Positions 1-8,589 of a stretch of 25,037 nt of DNA are shown in pieces. The stretch lies in the IMG/VR virus record IMGVR_UViG_3300032218_000387, positions 1-25,037 of that record; one strand, written 5' to 3'. This DNA is from a virus. Lineage: Duplodnaviria > Caudoviricetes. Under the pieces are notes generated by a model that worked only from the letters and a program-made list of their open reading frames with translations, did not search any database and was not told the origin of the DNA. Within the stretch, counting starts at the first letter, position 1, and every line of letters begins with the position of its first letter. Both the position numbers and the translations under genes were made by a program.

Positions 1-1092
1 AGTAAGACCGCTAGAATAATTTGTCCAAGTTGTTAAATTAGTTGAATATGTTAAAGTATTAGTACTAGCACCATCATAGAACAATGCATAGTATATACCT
101 TTGCAATAAGTTGCACCTCTAAATATTGATGTTCCGCTGGCACCTGATGCTACAGTTGACCATGAAACACAGTTAGTTGAATATGTAATATTACCAGAGT
201 TATCTCCAGCGATAAAATATCCATTATGAAAACAAAGACTATTTTGAAAAGAACTGCTAGCAGCAGCACTTATTGTTGCCGATGTACTCCATGTTGTAGC
301 ATTTGTTGATGTTAAAATTGCAGTAGTGCTAGAACTGCGCATTGCAAATATACCATTTCCATACACAAGAGAATTAGAAGGAAATGCTGATCCATATGTT
401 GCTGCAGTGCTCCATGTTGTAGCATTTGTTGAGTAAGCAACTACGTTAGTTGTAGAACCAACAACGTATAATCCATTTCCATATGCAGCAGAACTAAGGT
501 TTAACCAATTTGTTGCACCTGTTACAGTTGCTGTTGACCAAGTGCTGACTGCTCCATTAGAATCAGTTGCAGTTGATGTATATATCCTAGTGTTATTAAG
601 AGTACCACTTCCACCTGCAATAACTTTTCCATTTAGATATGCAATACCAGCCATAGTAACAGTAGTTGTACCAGTAACTGGACCATCATATGCTACATAA
701 TTAGTATAAGTATCACCAACAGTACCATTAATATTATATGTAAGCATAGCACTTGGTGTGTATGGAATTGAAACGCCTATTAATGTATTACCAATAGTGT
801 TAGTAGTATAAAATGGTTGTACATATGCTTTAGATGTAGTATTACTAAAAGCAGTTGCAGTTGTTTGAGCATAAAGATAGGCTTGTACAAGGTTAGATAT
901 AGAAGTAGTACCATTACTTGTAACAGAATTATATACAAAGTAATTTGGACCTGTAGTTGAAAGAGTTGTTGGAACAGGAAGTGCTGTTTGATATGCATTC
1001 AATGAAACATAAGTTGTGTGCAAACCACTAGACTGGAATGGAAGTGTACCACCAGAAGATGCAGTAGATGAGGGGAATGTATTAACTGCCAT
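1..1092 (-). CDS. Ser/Thr-rich tail/receptor-binding protein with Asp-box/BNR-like beta-propeller repeats (3' end truncated by the window)
   Basis: Absent from the ORF track because it has no stop in the window. ATG at 1092 overlaps the upstream stop (TAATG). The frame is open to base 1 (MAVNTFPSSTASSGGTLPF...). Repeats YSTNATTWS, TSTNATTWS, YSTNCVSWS and YSTNLTTWT are each preceded by YGNG/FHNG-type turns. Confidence 0.8.
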   Translation of the reverse strand, partial: MAVNTFPSSTASSGGTLPFQSSGLHTTYVSLNAYQTALPVPTTLSTTGPNYFVYNSVTSNGTTSISNLVQAYLYAQTTATAFSNTTSKAYVQPFYTTNTIGNTLIGVSIPYTPSAMLTYNINGTVGDTYTNYVAYDGPVTGTTTVTMAGIAYLNGKVIAGGSGTLNNTRIYTSTATDSNGAVSTWSTATVTGATNWLNLSSAAYGNGLYVVGSTTNVVAYSTNATTWSTAATYGSAFPSNSLVYGNGIFAMRSSSTTAILTSTNATTWSTSATISAAASSSFQNSLCFHNGYFIAGDNSGNITYSTNCVSWSTVASGASGTSIFRGATYCKGIYYALFYDGASTNTLTYSTNLTTWTNYSSGLT

Positions 1093-1424
1093 TATGATAA
1101 CTCACTTCCGAAGGCTTGGAATGATAGGGCATTTGCTGTACCAGAAGTAATTTTAATAACATCTGTTGCTGCTAATGTAATACCTAATGTAAAGGTAGCA
1201 ACAGAGTTAGCAGCGATTGTTACGGTCTTAAGAAATGAATTTAAGTTAGCAGATGCTGCACCAGCAACACAGATATTTACATTTGCTGTGGCAGCAGTAG
1301 ATGTTATGTTACTGATTGTCAAAGTTGACACGATTGTTGATGTAGAAGCAGGTACCGTATATAGGGTTGCTTCGGATGTTGTTGTTGGTGCTGCTTGTGC
1401 CAACACCTTATATACTGTTGCCAT
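1092..1424 (-). CDS. small beta-rich virion/tail-fibre-associated protein (110 aa)
   Basis: Coupled ORF in the structural operon; Ala/Thr-rich, MATVYKVLAQAAP...LYTVPASTSTIVS...FQAFGSELS, typical of small tail accessory proteins. Confidence 0.7.
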   Translation of the reverse strand: MATVYKVLAQAAPTTTSEATLYTVPASTSTIVSTLTISNITSTAATANVNICVAGAASANLNSFLKTVTIAANSVATFTLGITLAATDVIKITSGTANALSFQAFGSELS

Positions 1425-1427
1425 TTA

Positions 1428-2033
1428 TTATGCTCCCATGAGTAGAAACGGGCTGATAACTGCAGGTCCGTTTAGTATTGTATTTGAGTTGTAATCGATT
1501 GTTTTATTTGTTAATGTTTGAGTTGCACTTGCTGCTGCGCTTCCAACTGTTGCCCACTTTACACCAGATGTTAAAGATGAATCAGCAACTAATGTATATC
1601 CATCAGTTCCAACTGCTTGACGTGTTGACGTTGCTACACCAGTACCAACAATTAAATCACCTTTGGCTTGGATATCAGATTTAGCAACTGCTGCATTAGC
1701 AGTAGCAACACCTGCTGTATAGAAGTTTAGATCATCAGATGTTAATACGTGCTTAACTGGTGCACTGCCAGAGTGTGCAATTGCTGATGTTCCTGCTTGT
1801 CCACGAATAATTGTAAGAGTATCACTTGATATACCAGTAACAAATACTACTTCTTCACTAACTGTATCTGGGTCTAAAACGATAGTAAATCTATCTACGT
1901 TACCAGCAGTCAAGGTCACACCACCCATAAGGGCTGGACCAGTTCCTGATGCAACTGTCATTGATGTTGCTGTATTTGAGATACCGACAGATAGCGTAGT
2001 GGCAACGCTAGTACTGGAGTATTTTCTTGTCAT
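1428..2033 (-). CDS. putative tail fibre/tail-associated structural protein (201 aa)
   Basis: AGGA RBS; motifs LTIIRGQAGTSAIAH, AKGDLIVGTG and TQTLTNKTID are characteristic of phage tail fibre segments. Confidence 0.7.
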   Translation of the reverse strand: MTRKYSSTSVATTLSVGISNTATSMTVASGTGPALMGGVTLTAGNVDRFTIVLDPDTVSEEVVFVTGISSDTLTIIRGQAGTSAIAHSGSAPVKHVLTSDDLNFYTAGVATANAAVAKSDIQAKGDLIVGTGVATSTRQAVGTDGYTLVADSSLTSGVKWATVGSAAASATQTLTNKTIDYNSNTILNGPAVISPFLLMGA

Positions 2034-2042
2034 TGGTTATCC

Positions 2043-2939
2043 TTAGTGTGTATAGTGTGGACGGATTGGGTACTTACCATTTAGACGTCCTGATTCTTCC
2101 TTCAAGCGTTGTTGGAAGAGAGCATAGACATACTTAGAAATAGATGCACCTGCAGATGAAGGTATCTTTGTATCTGCTTGGTCTGCCTGAGCAGATGTTA
2201 AATTAAGTCGTCCCGAATCTACGAATGCTAGCAAACGTGCACAAGCACCAAGAATGATTACATCTCTAGATGATTCTTCCAGTCCAGTCACGGTAGTGAA
2301 TACATCAGTGTCACTGGCAAGAGCAGTTGGTGTCTTGCGATACCACACCTGAACAGTACGACCAGGGGTAATCGAATCGCCAATTACAATTGCTGCATTA
2401 GAACCAAAAGAAGTTGCATTGGCCATCTGGTCTAAACGCCAGCGATTAACCATTGCCCATTCTTTTGTTGGCCCAATAGTTTCCCATGAGACCTGCATCA
2501 CATCTTCACATGCAGTTGGTAATCCATATGAATTCTGTGCTGGGTTGAAAGTAAATGTTGTAGAATCCATTGACCACAAACTAGGAAATACTGAGTTAAT
2601 AGTGTCATTGATTGCTTGCTTAATCATTACACGTGGAAATGCTGGAGCAAGTGTAACCTGTGAATATTGAGTGTGAGTCGCTGGATCAGTATTCTGATAT
2701 CCACGACCAAAGCCAGGGATTACATTAAGAGTATTAGATGCCTTATCATAGGAGTCAATCCAGATAAGTTCATTATCAATTTCAACAATACCTTTAGCAA
2801 GGTTATTAGAAGAACCAATTTGAATGGCTGTATCAGTCAATCCGACAGCATTTATTGTATAGGTAACACGATCTTGACGAAGAGTGTAGCCTGCTAACTT
2901 GCTCTTTACTTCGTCAACCATATCTGTTAAGGTTGCCAT
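2043..2939 (-). CDS. putative head-tail adaptor / tail tubular protein (298 aa)
   Basis: AGGAG RBS; lies between capsid and fibre genes; helical N-terminus (MATLTDMVDEVKSKL) and C-terminal adaptor-like segment (DVIILGACARLL). Confidence 0.55.
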   Translation of the reverse strand: MATLTDMVDEVKSKLAGYTLRQDRVTYTINAVGLTDTAIQIGSSNNLAKGIVEIDNELIWIDSYDKASNTLNVIPGFGRGYQNTDPATHTQYSQVTLAPAFPRVMIKQAINDTINSVFPSLWSMDSTTFTFNPAQNSYGLPTACEDVMQVSWETIGPTKEWAMVNRWRLDQMANATSFGSNAAIVIGDSITPGRTVQVWYRKTPTALASDTDVFTTVTGLEESSRDVIILGACARLLAFVDSGRLNLTSAQADQADTKIPSSAGASISKYVYALFQQRLKEESGRLNGKYPIRPHYTH

Positions 2940-2956
2940 TTATTCTCCTATGTTAG

Positions 2957-3229
2957 TTAAATACTTCTTAAACGCAAAGCAGCAGGGGCTGCAAGTCCAG
3001 TAGTTCCACCAAGTGCGTTACACACTGCATCAAGATCTTTCCACAATGATGGGTTGGTAACACCATTCTTGACATTCAATGCACCATTGACACTTAAGCC
3101 AGTTGTTGCAGCCCACTTATTGGCTGCTCCTTGAGCATCAAGATATGCTGTGATAGCAGGATAAGTCCCACCATTTGCAAGTCTATTTAACTCTGCAGTT
3201 AGCGAACTACCAGGATTGCCTATAGCCAT
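2957..3229 (-). CDS. hypothetical Ala/Gly-rich virion protein (90 aa)
   Basis: AAGG RBS; internal repeat LNRLANGG / LNVKNGVT / CNALGGTTGL; located in the structural operon. Confidence 0.7.
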   Translation of the reverse strand: MAIGNPGSSLTAELNRLANGGTYPAITAYLDAQGAANKWAATTGLSVNGALNVKNGVTNPSLWKDLDAVCNALGGTTGLAAPAALRLRSI

Positions 3230-3241
3230 TTGTCAACCTTT

Positions 3242-3970
3242 CTAGGGTTTAATTAAACCTTGCTTTGGAAGAATAAGATTTGATTCTTTCTTGGCTTGGT
3301 TGCCTCCGAAGAATGCTTTATAGTAATGCTCATCGAATGAGAATCGTTTCATATGAGGAACGGTTGCCCCTGTATGGCACCATACTGGAACATTAGCCTT
3401 ATCACATAAAGCAAAGAAGTAGATATCCTCACCCATGAATTGCTTACCAGTTCCTATCTCCATAAAGAATGGAGCATCTGGTATTGCATCATTGATACGT
3501 TCTACTATGCTACGGTGCATAAGAACAAATCCCATTCCTGCTGCACCTATTTGAATAAACTTATTTTCTGGCATAGGGTGAATCCGCTTAATGCCAACTG
3601 CATTTTCTGATTCTGCAAACTCATAAATAGTTGGCATAGGAATCATTAATGGTTCTTCTGGTGTGTCCGTTGTGAAGTACACACCTGTAACTATTGGACG
3701 CTCTTTAGCATCTTTGTTGTCCCACAATAGTTTGAATTTCTCTGGAGAGATTACTACATCGGAGTCAACCCAGAGTAGCCAATCAGAGGTGTTATTTTCA
3801 TACCAGTAACGGATAACCTTCTCACGCTGGCGAGCAATCTGATTGCCCTGACTCCGTAGAGATGTTGTAAATTCGATGCCAGACTTAAGAAGAACGTCAG
3901 TAACGCCTTGCATAAACTTGCCATCAACATTGCCGTTATCGCACCAGGCGATAGATACTGTCTCTTGCAT
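3242..3970 (-). CDS. GT-A fold (GT2-like) glycosyltransferase
   Basis: WLLWVDSDVVI (DxD), IARQRE, GAAGMGFVLMHRS and GEDIYFF motifs. Start placed at ATG 3970, behind a GGGGA RBS; the ORF track starts at 3982. Confidence 0.85.
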   Translation of the reverse strand: MQETVSIAWCDNGNVDGKFMQGVTDVLLKSGIEFTTSLRSQGNQIARQREKVIRYWYENNTSDWLLWVDSDVVISPEKFKLLWDNKDAKERPIVTGVYFTTDTPEEPLMIPMPTIYEFAESENAVGIKRIHPMPENKFIQIGAAGMGFVLMHRSIVERINDAIPDAPFFMEIGTGKQFMGEDIYFFALCDKANVPVWCHTGATVPHMKRFSFDEHYYKAFFGGNQAKKESNLILPKQGLIKP

Positions 3971-3991
3971 TGTGTCCCCCATTGTTTTGAA

Positions 3992-4150
3992 TTACTTAAT
4001 TACTGGCTTGCCGTAATTGATTTGCTGTAGTGCAGCGAAAGCAGGTGACTCTTTCATTTTGTGAATAGGAGTTACCTTAGTTTTATCTGCTGCAGTTGTG
4101 CGAGTTGATACTTTTTTGTTTGCTGTTACTGTTAGTCCTGTTGATTTCAT
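3992..4150 (-). CDS. small basic hypothetical protein (52 aa)
   Basis: GAAAGGT RBS before ATG 4150 (MKSTGLTVTANKK...). The longer 119-aa track ORF overlaps the upstream gene. Confidence 0.65.
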   Translation of the reverse strand: MKSTGLTVTANKKVSTRTTAADKTKVTPIHKMKESPAFAALQQINYGKPVIK

Positions 4151-4178
4151 TTTGTTACCTTTCTTGTTATCAGTTGAT

Positions 4179-4436
4179 TTACCATTTGACTTTATCAGCC
4201 CAATACGCTGCTGACATTTTTCCTTTTGCGATATTCTTAGCATGTCTTGCCTTGAATGCTTTATTACGGGCTGATCCATCTGGAGAACCAGATACACCCT
4301 GTTGACCAAAATGAATAGTCTTAATCTTATCACCCTCTTTGGCCACAACAACGTGTGACTTCGTAGGGTGATTAGGTGTGCGCTTGGGCTTATTAAAGCC
4401 TGATACGCCTGCTCGCTTTAGTCTTGGGTCATTCAC
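4179..4436 (-). CDS. conserved basic phage protein (85 aa), IHFGQQG...FKARH...SAAYWADKVKW type
   Basis: GTG start overlaps the upstream stop (GTGA). The motif pattern is one I recognise as recurrent in viral hypothetical proteins. Confidence 0.75.
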   Translation of the reverse strand: MNDPRLKRAGVSGFNKPKRTPNHPTKSHVVVAKEGDKIKTIHFGQQGVSGSPDGSARNKAFKARHAKNIAKGKMSAAYWADKVKW

Positions 4437-4591
4437 TTCTTCTTTGCCTTCTTGGCCTCAGAGAGTGCGATAGCAATTGCTTGCTTTGGATTCTTTACTA
4501 CTTTACCACCCTTACCAGAGTGGAGCGTTCCTGCTTTGAATTCGTGCATAACTTTCTGCACTTTCTTCTGACCTTTGGCTACTTTTTTCAT
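4433..4591 (-). CDS. Lys-rich small protein (52 aa), DUF6496-like
   Basis: Below the track cutoff. MKKVAKGQKKVQKVMHEFKAGTLHSGKGGKVVKNPKQAIAIALSEAKKAKKK; 4-bp start/stop overlaps on both sides (ATGA, GTGA). Confidence 0.85.
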   Translation of the reverse strand: MKKVAKGQKKVQKVMHEFKAGTLHSGKGGKVVKNPKQAIAIALSEAKKAKKK

Positions 4592-4785
4592 TGTGACCCA
4601 CGTCCATTATTCCAACCTGGAATCTGAGTTGGATCATAGTTATACTTTTGCATTAACTTATTATATGCTGCATCTGCTGGAGTCATAGGCTTCTTCGGCG
4701 CAGGACGCTTTGTTATATTAGCAGCATTAATAACTTGGGTAACCGTCTTAGAAGTTGCCTTAGGTGTTGGCTTCTTAGTTGGCAT
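4588..4785 (-). CDS. small Lys/Pro-rich hypothetical protein (65 aa)
   Basis: Translationally coupled to both neighbours. Confidence 0.7.
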   Translation of the reverse strand: MPTKKPTPKATSKTVTQVINAANITKRPAPKKPMTPADAAYNKLMQKYNYDPTQIPGWNNGRGSQ

Positions 4786-4786
4786 A

Positions 4787-4954
4787 TTACTTCTTCTTTC
4801 CCATTTTCTTTGGAGCAGACTTCTTAGCAGACTTCTTGACCATGTCTTTAATATTCATCTTCTTTTCCATAGCCATCATCTTTGAGCCTTCGCCCTTTTC
4901 GTGCATCTTCATTGCACCCTTAGATCCGTACATTTCCATTTTCATTTTAGCCAT
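4787..4954 (-). CDS. Lys/Met-rich small protein (55 aa)
   Basis: Below the track cutoff. MAKMKMEMYGSKGAMKMHEKGEGSKMMAMEKKMNIKDMVKKSAKKSAPKKMGKKK; fills the gap between neighbours with 1-nt spacers. Confidence 0.8.
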   Translation of the reverse strand: MAKMKMEMYGSKGAMKMHEKGEGSKMMAMEKKMNIKDMVKKSAKKSAPKKMGKKK

Positions 4955-4955
4955 A

Positions 4956-5381
4956 TTACATTCCCACTTCCTTCATAACTTGCGCGGTTTTTTTATCTAT
5001 GTTACTTGCTCTAGGCATTTTTTCTGAGTTATATGCTTTGCCCATATTTTCAGAAGCGGTATATGCAGCCTCAACATGTGCTCTACTTGTGCCACCAGGT
5101 TGCATCCCTTGTGCTCTTGCATCTTTATATGCAGCAAGTTCGCTAGTCCATTTCTTGTCTGGAATATCCCTTGTTGCATCTCCTGCATTTAGTTGTAGTC
5201 CCTTGGCTTTGCAACCAAAGCAGTCTTCATCACACATCGTATGGTCAATTGATATATCTTCATATTCAAATGGCTTCTCTGATGTTTCATCGCATAGTAC
5301 GCAACCCCATCGAGTTGCTTCAAAGTTATGTTCAGGAGTGAAGCCCCAATCAAGAACCTTGCTAATATGTTGGTGTCCCAT
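4956..5381 (-). CDS. hypothetical protein with Cys/His metal-binding motifs (141 aa)
   Basis: AGGGA RBS; HQH, CVLC and HTMCDEDCFGC motifs. Confidence 0.75.
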   Translation of the reverse strand: MGHQHISKVLDWGFTPEHNFEATRWGCVLCDETSEKPFEYEDISIDHTMCDEDCFGCKAKGLQLNAGDATRDIPDKKWTSELAAYKDARAQGMQPGGTSRAHVEAAYTASENMGKAYNSEKMPRASNIDKKTAQVMKEVGM

Positions 5382-5389
5382 GTTGTCCC

Positions 5390-5662
5390 TTACTCTACTG
5401 TGAAGTTTGTTTCCGTAACTCCTACATTGCCAGCAATTAATGCTGCTTTAGTAGCCTCACTGATTCCTGTATGAATATGCCCACCTCGGTATAATTCTTG
5501 ATATACCTGTGTTCCATCATCAACTAAGTAGCGAGCCTGTTGATATACTCCACCAGTTTTAATGATAGTTATTCCTTTGCGCAATTTAGCAAAGTAAAAC
5601 AAACGATGTCTTCCAGATGGACCTTCTAGTACATATGGTGTTGTAAATTTATACGTTGCCAT
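5390..5662 (-). CDS. hypothetical virion-associated protein (90 aa)
   Basis: AAGGAG RBS before ATG 5662 (MATYKFTTPYV...). The track start at 5713 lies inside the terminator hairpin. Confidence 0.75.
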   Translation of the reverse strand: MATYKFTTPYVLEGPSGRHRLFYFAKLRKGITIIKTGGVYQQARYLVDDGTQVYQELYRGGHIHTGISEATKAALIAGNVGVTETNFTVE

Positions 5663-5684
5663 TTTTCTCCTTAGTGGACTTACT

Positions 5685-5714
5685 GATAGACAGGGACCGA
5701 AGCCCCTGCCCACC
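5685..5714 (-). terminator. stable UUCG hairpin after the major capsid gene (terminator or mRNA-stabilising stem)
   Basis: Minus strand GGTGGGCAGGGGC-TTCG-GTCCCTGTCTATC, 13 bp including G-U pairs; no U-tract follows. Confidence 0.7.
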
Positions 5715-5728
5715 CGTCAATCAACTGA

Positions 5729-6685
5729 TTATGAAGCGATTGATGAACCTGATTCGATTCGGTATAGTGCTTCTTCACGGTAGCGACCGAAGCCTAGTAC
5801 GCCGTACCAACCCATTGGGCGGTGACGCATTAACTTGTCAACTACTGGTCCGATTACTACATGTGGCTCTTCAGCAACTGCTTCTGCAAATCCTTGCTGT
5901 CCTGCCAAGATAGTACGGTAGACACGTGCAGATGATGCACCGTCTGTTGCGTTGTAAAGGCGTGGAGACTCTACGAAGTACGCACCTTCGTATGTACCGA
6001 TTTCTCCTGCCCAAATGCGGTCCTGTGCGGAACCATATTGGTTAGGAAGCAACCAGCCTGCTGAGCCAGTTTCTGCACGAAGGTCGTGTGAAACTTCTGG
6101 GTGGATACCAGCCCAGTATAGTGAACCCTTACGTCCTGTTGTCTTACCAGCACGTAGTTTTGCAACAGCCTTACGGATGTTTGCAGATGATAGGGTTGCA
6201 GCAGCAGTGATTGTTGCTGTTGATGTTGCTGTAGAACCAGAGTAAATTACGTTGGTTCCAGCGCGAAGTGATGTCATTGCAATACCGTCGATTGAATCGG
6301 CAAGGTTGAATGCAATAATGTTAGCGATTGCTGGGTCTACATCAGCAAGAGAGAACAACTCTAATGCACGAGTTACGAGAACTGAGTTACCGTATTCTGC
6401 AAGAGTAATTGTAATCGATGTTGGTGTAGCCAGAGCAACTGCATCTGGATCAACATCTTCTGTTAGTGCTGATGAAACTGGGCTCATATCAACGTACTTT
6501 TGTAGTACGACTGTTGAACCTGGAATTGCTTGCTTTGCTGGACGCTTATCTGCGACTGAACGAATTAGGGGTTCGGCGCGGAGAGCAAATTCCAAAAGGC
6601 GGTCATATGCCTTCTGAACTAAACCAGCAGCATTGGCTGTACCTCCGAGTGAGGACGACCCTGTGGTTGTATAGGCGTTTGCCAT
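5729..6685 (-). CDS. major capsid protein (N4-gp56-like family, 318 aa)
   Basis: GGAGG RBS; follows the scaffold gene; motifs LTEDVDP, ITLAEYGN, IHPEVSHDLR, GEIGTYEGAYFVESPR, VDKLMRHRPMGWYG. Confidence 0.9.
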   Translation of the reverse strand: MANAYTTTGSSSLGGTANAAGLVQKAYDRLLEFALRAEPLIRSVADKRPAKQAIPGSTVVLQKYVDMSPVSSALTEDVDPDAVALATPTSITITLAEYGNSVLVTRALELFSLADVDPAIANIIAFNLADSIDGIAMTSLRAGTNVIYSGSTATSTATITAAATLSSANIRKAVAKLRAGKTTGRKGSLYWAGIHPEVSHDLRAETGSAGWLLPNQYGSAQDRIWAGEIGTYEGAYFVESPRLYNATDGASSARVYRTILAGQQGFAEAVAEEPHVVIGPVVDKLMRHRPMGWYGVLGFGRYREEALYRIESGSSIAS

Positions 6686-6720
6686 GTTGTCACCTCCAAG
6701 TGACTAGAAACTATGAATGA

Positions 6721-7200
6721 TTATTCTGAGCGAAGAATCGATAGTAACTCATCCATTGACTCTGCATTGTCAATGCGGTTATTAATGTTCTCTGCTCTGT
6801 CAGGTGTTATTGCACCCTGAGTGACTACATCTTGCTGACGCAATGCAGCACGATTGTTGTCACTTACTTCAGGTGCATCCTGTACTGAATGCTGAATTCC
6901 AAATAAGTCTCCATTATCATCGAGCCAGTTATTAACTGACTCTTCGTTAACTTCGTCTAAATCTTTTAGAATTAAGCGAATCGCTTTAGGATTCACACCT
7001 TTCTTTTCTAGGACATCTTTGACTGTACGTTCCTTCTGACCTTTGGACAAGGTCTCAAGTTGGTCAGTTAGGTCTTTGATACGCTTTTCATCTGCACGCT
7101 TGGCTTTGCGTAACTTCTTTAATAAGTCACTGCCGTCCATTTGTACTTCATCCTGTGTATCCATGTCGTCTTCGTCTTCATCCCAGTAGTTGTTGCTCAT
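6721..7200 (-). CDS. capsid scaffolding protein (159 aa)
   Basis: Acidic N-terminus and coiled-coil segment; directly upstream of the capsid gene. Confidence 0.75.
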   Translation of the reverse strand: MSNNYWDEDEDDMDTQDEVQMDGSDLLKKLRKAKRADEKRIKDLTDQLETLSKGQKERTVKDVLEKKGVNPKAIRLILKDLDEVNEESVNNWLDDNGDLFGIQHSVQDAPEVSDNNRAALRQQDVVTQGAITPDRAENINNRIDNAESMDELLSILRSE

Positions 7201-7228
7201 AGCAACTGTCCACCCTTTCGTTAGTTGA

Positions 7229-7314
7229 ATCGCAAGCCACAGTTACTATTCGGGGGAATAGGCTGGCTCTTGCTCTCGGTCTTGTACGCTGCACGGGGCC
7301 GATAGGTCCGTGTC
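7229..7314 (-). promoter_or_regulatory. structured leader upstream of the scaffold/capsid genes
   Basis: Minus-strand stems CACGG/CCGTG, GCAAGAGCCA/TGGCTTGC and CTATTC-CCCC-GAATAG in a 120-nt intergenic gap. Confidence 0.45.
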
Positions 7315-7320
7315 AGGATT

Positions 7321-8589
7321 CTAGAATTGGCCTGCGCCAGATTGTCTGCTTAGGTAACCAGTAGAAAATGCACCCTTTGCTGTACCTGATGAACCAGAAA
7401 ATGAACTCTGTTCAAGTGCAACCAAGTTCTGGCGCTTTCGCTGAGCAGATGCTAATGAGTTAAATACATCTTGTTCTGCAGTAGACTGATCGTAGCCAGG
7501 TGCCTGGCTGTAGATTCCACTAAGTTTCTCAGCAGTTGGCATGATGTCAGCAATAGTTGCATAACCCTTTTGTGCCTCTGCTTGTGTGATGCCTTGTGCA
7601 GCAAGTGCTTCAGATACACCAGCACCAGCATAAAGTCCTTGCTTACGTGCTGCTGCTCCAATTTCTGCTGCTGCTACTTGGCGCTGAATCTTTTCCATTT
7701 GCTGTGTAGGGTCGAGTACATATGCAACTATATCTGCACTGCTGATACCATAAAAATCTTTAAGTGTTTGGCTGATTGCAGGATCTGCATATTGCACACG
7801 TTGTACTGCAGTGACTACACGATTAGATAATTCGGTAGGTGAGACATCATTTGAAATGAATTGTTTTACATAATCATTATTATCAAATTGATTAAGACCA
7901 TATGCACGCAACACTTGTCGATATGTATCTTCAACATTAATATATTCTGCTGGACTTAAAGCAGATAAACCTTTTTTAATTCTATCTGCATTAGCAGCAA
8001 AACGCATCTGATACTCAGGAGTCTCCTGGAGTTGCAATGATATTGTATCTGCACTTGCGCCTTCCATTGCTAATTGCTTGATTTTATCAGCAAGACCAGT
8101 CAAGCCATACTTATTAAATCTATCAGCCAAAGATGCATAAACACTTATACGGTCATTATATTGTGCAGCATCAATCTGAGATGTACTAGTTGTTGAATTA
8201 ATATCTTGTGCATTAGCATCTTTAGCAGTTGATCCTACATAAATACCAAACTTATTATATTTTCCACCAGACATTGGATTTCCATTAATGTCGTATCCAC
8301 TAATATCAGCACCTGACTTTTGTGCTTTGGCAGATTGTGCTGCATTAATTGCTGCTCCAGCGGTTAAACCCTTTGCCTTAGCACCTGCAATTGCTGCAGC
8401 ATATTCTTCATCTGTTAAATTTATATTAGAGTTCCAAGAATCTCCATAGTACCCAGAAGCATTTACACCACCACGTGATGCAATATATTCCTCTGGTGTT
8501 TGTCCTGGAGCAGCATTAAGTTTTGCAGTTTCTAAAACTTTTGCAGATGGAGTGACTGCCTTAAATGCTGGATCTATGTTTAATGGCAT
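7321..8589 (-). CDS. putative internal virion (ejection) protein (422 aa)
   Basis: ATG 8589 overlaps the upstream stop (TAATG); Ala/Gln/Gly-rich and helical; in the block between portal and scaffold. Confidence 0.65.
   Translation of the reverse strand: MPLNIDPAFKAVTPSAKVLETAKLNAAPGQTPEEYIASRGGVNASGYYGDSWNSNINLTDEEYAAAIAGAKAKGLTAGAAINAAQSAKAQKSGADISGYDINGNPMSGGKYNKFGIYVGSTAKDANAQDINSTTSTSQIDAAQYNDRISVYASLADRFNKYGLTGLADKIKQLAMEGASADTISLQLQETPEYQMRFAANADRIKKGLSALSPAEYINVEDTYRQVLRAYGLNQFDNNDYVKQFISNDVSPTELSNRVVTAVQRVQYADPAISQTLKDFYGISSADIVAYVLDPTQQMEKIQRQVAAAEIGAAARKQGLYAGAGVSEALAAQGITQAEAQKGYATIADIMPTAEKLSGIYSQAPGYDQSTAEQDVFNSLASAQRKRQNLVALEQSSFSGSSGTAKGAFSTGYLSRQSGAGQF

Noticed and set aside
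5390-5731. Capsid stop-codon readthrough into the in-frame downstream ORF (T7 10A/10B-like extension)
   Set aside because: A second in-frame stop (TGA) follows four codons after the TAA, no slippery site was seen, and the downstream gene has its own AAGGAG RBS.
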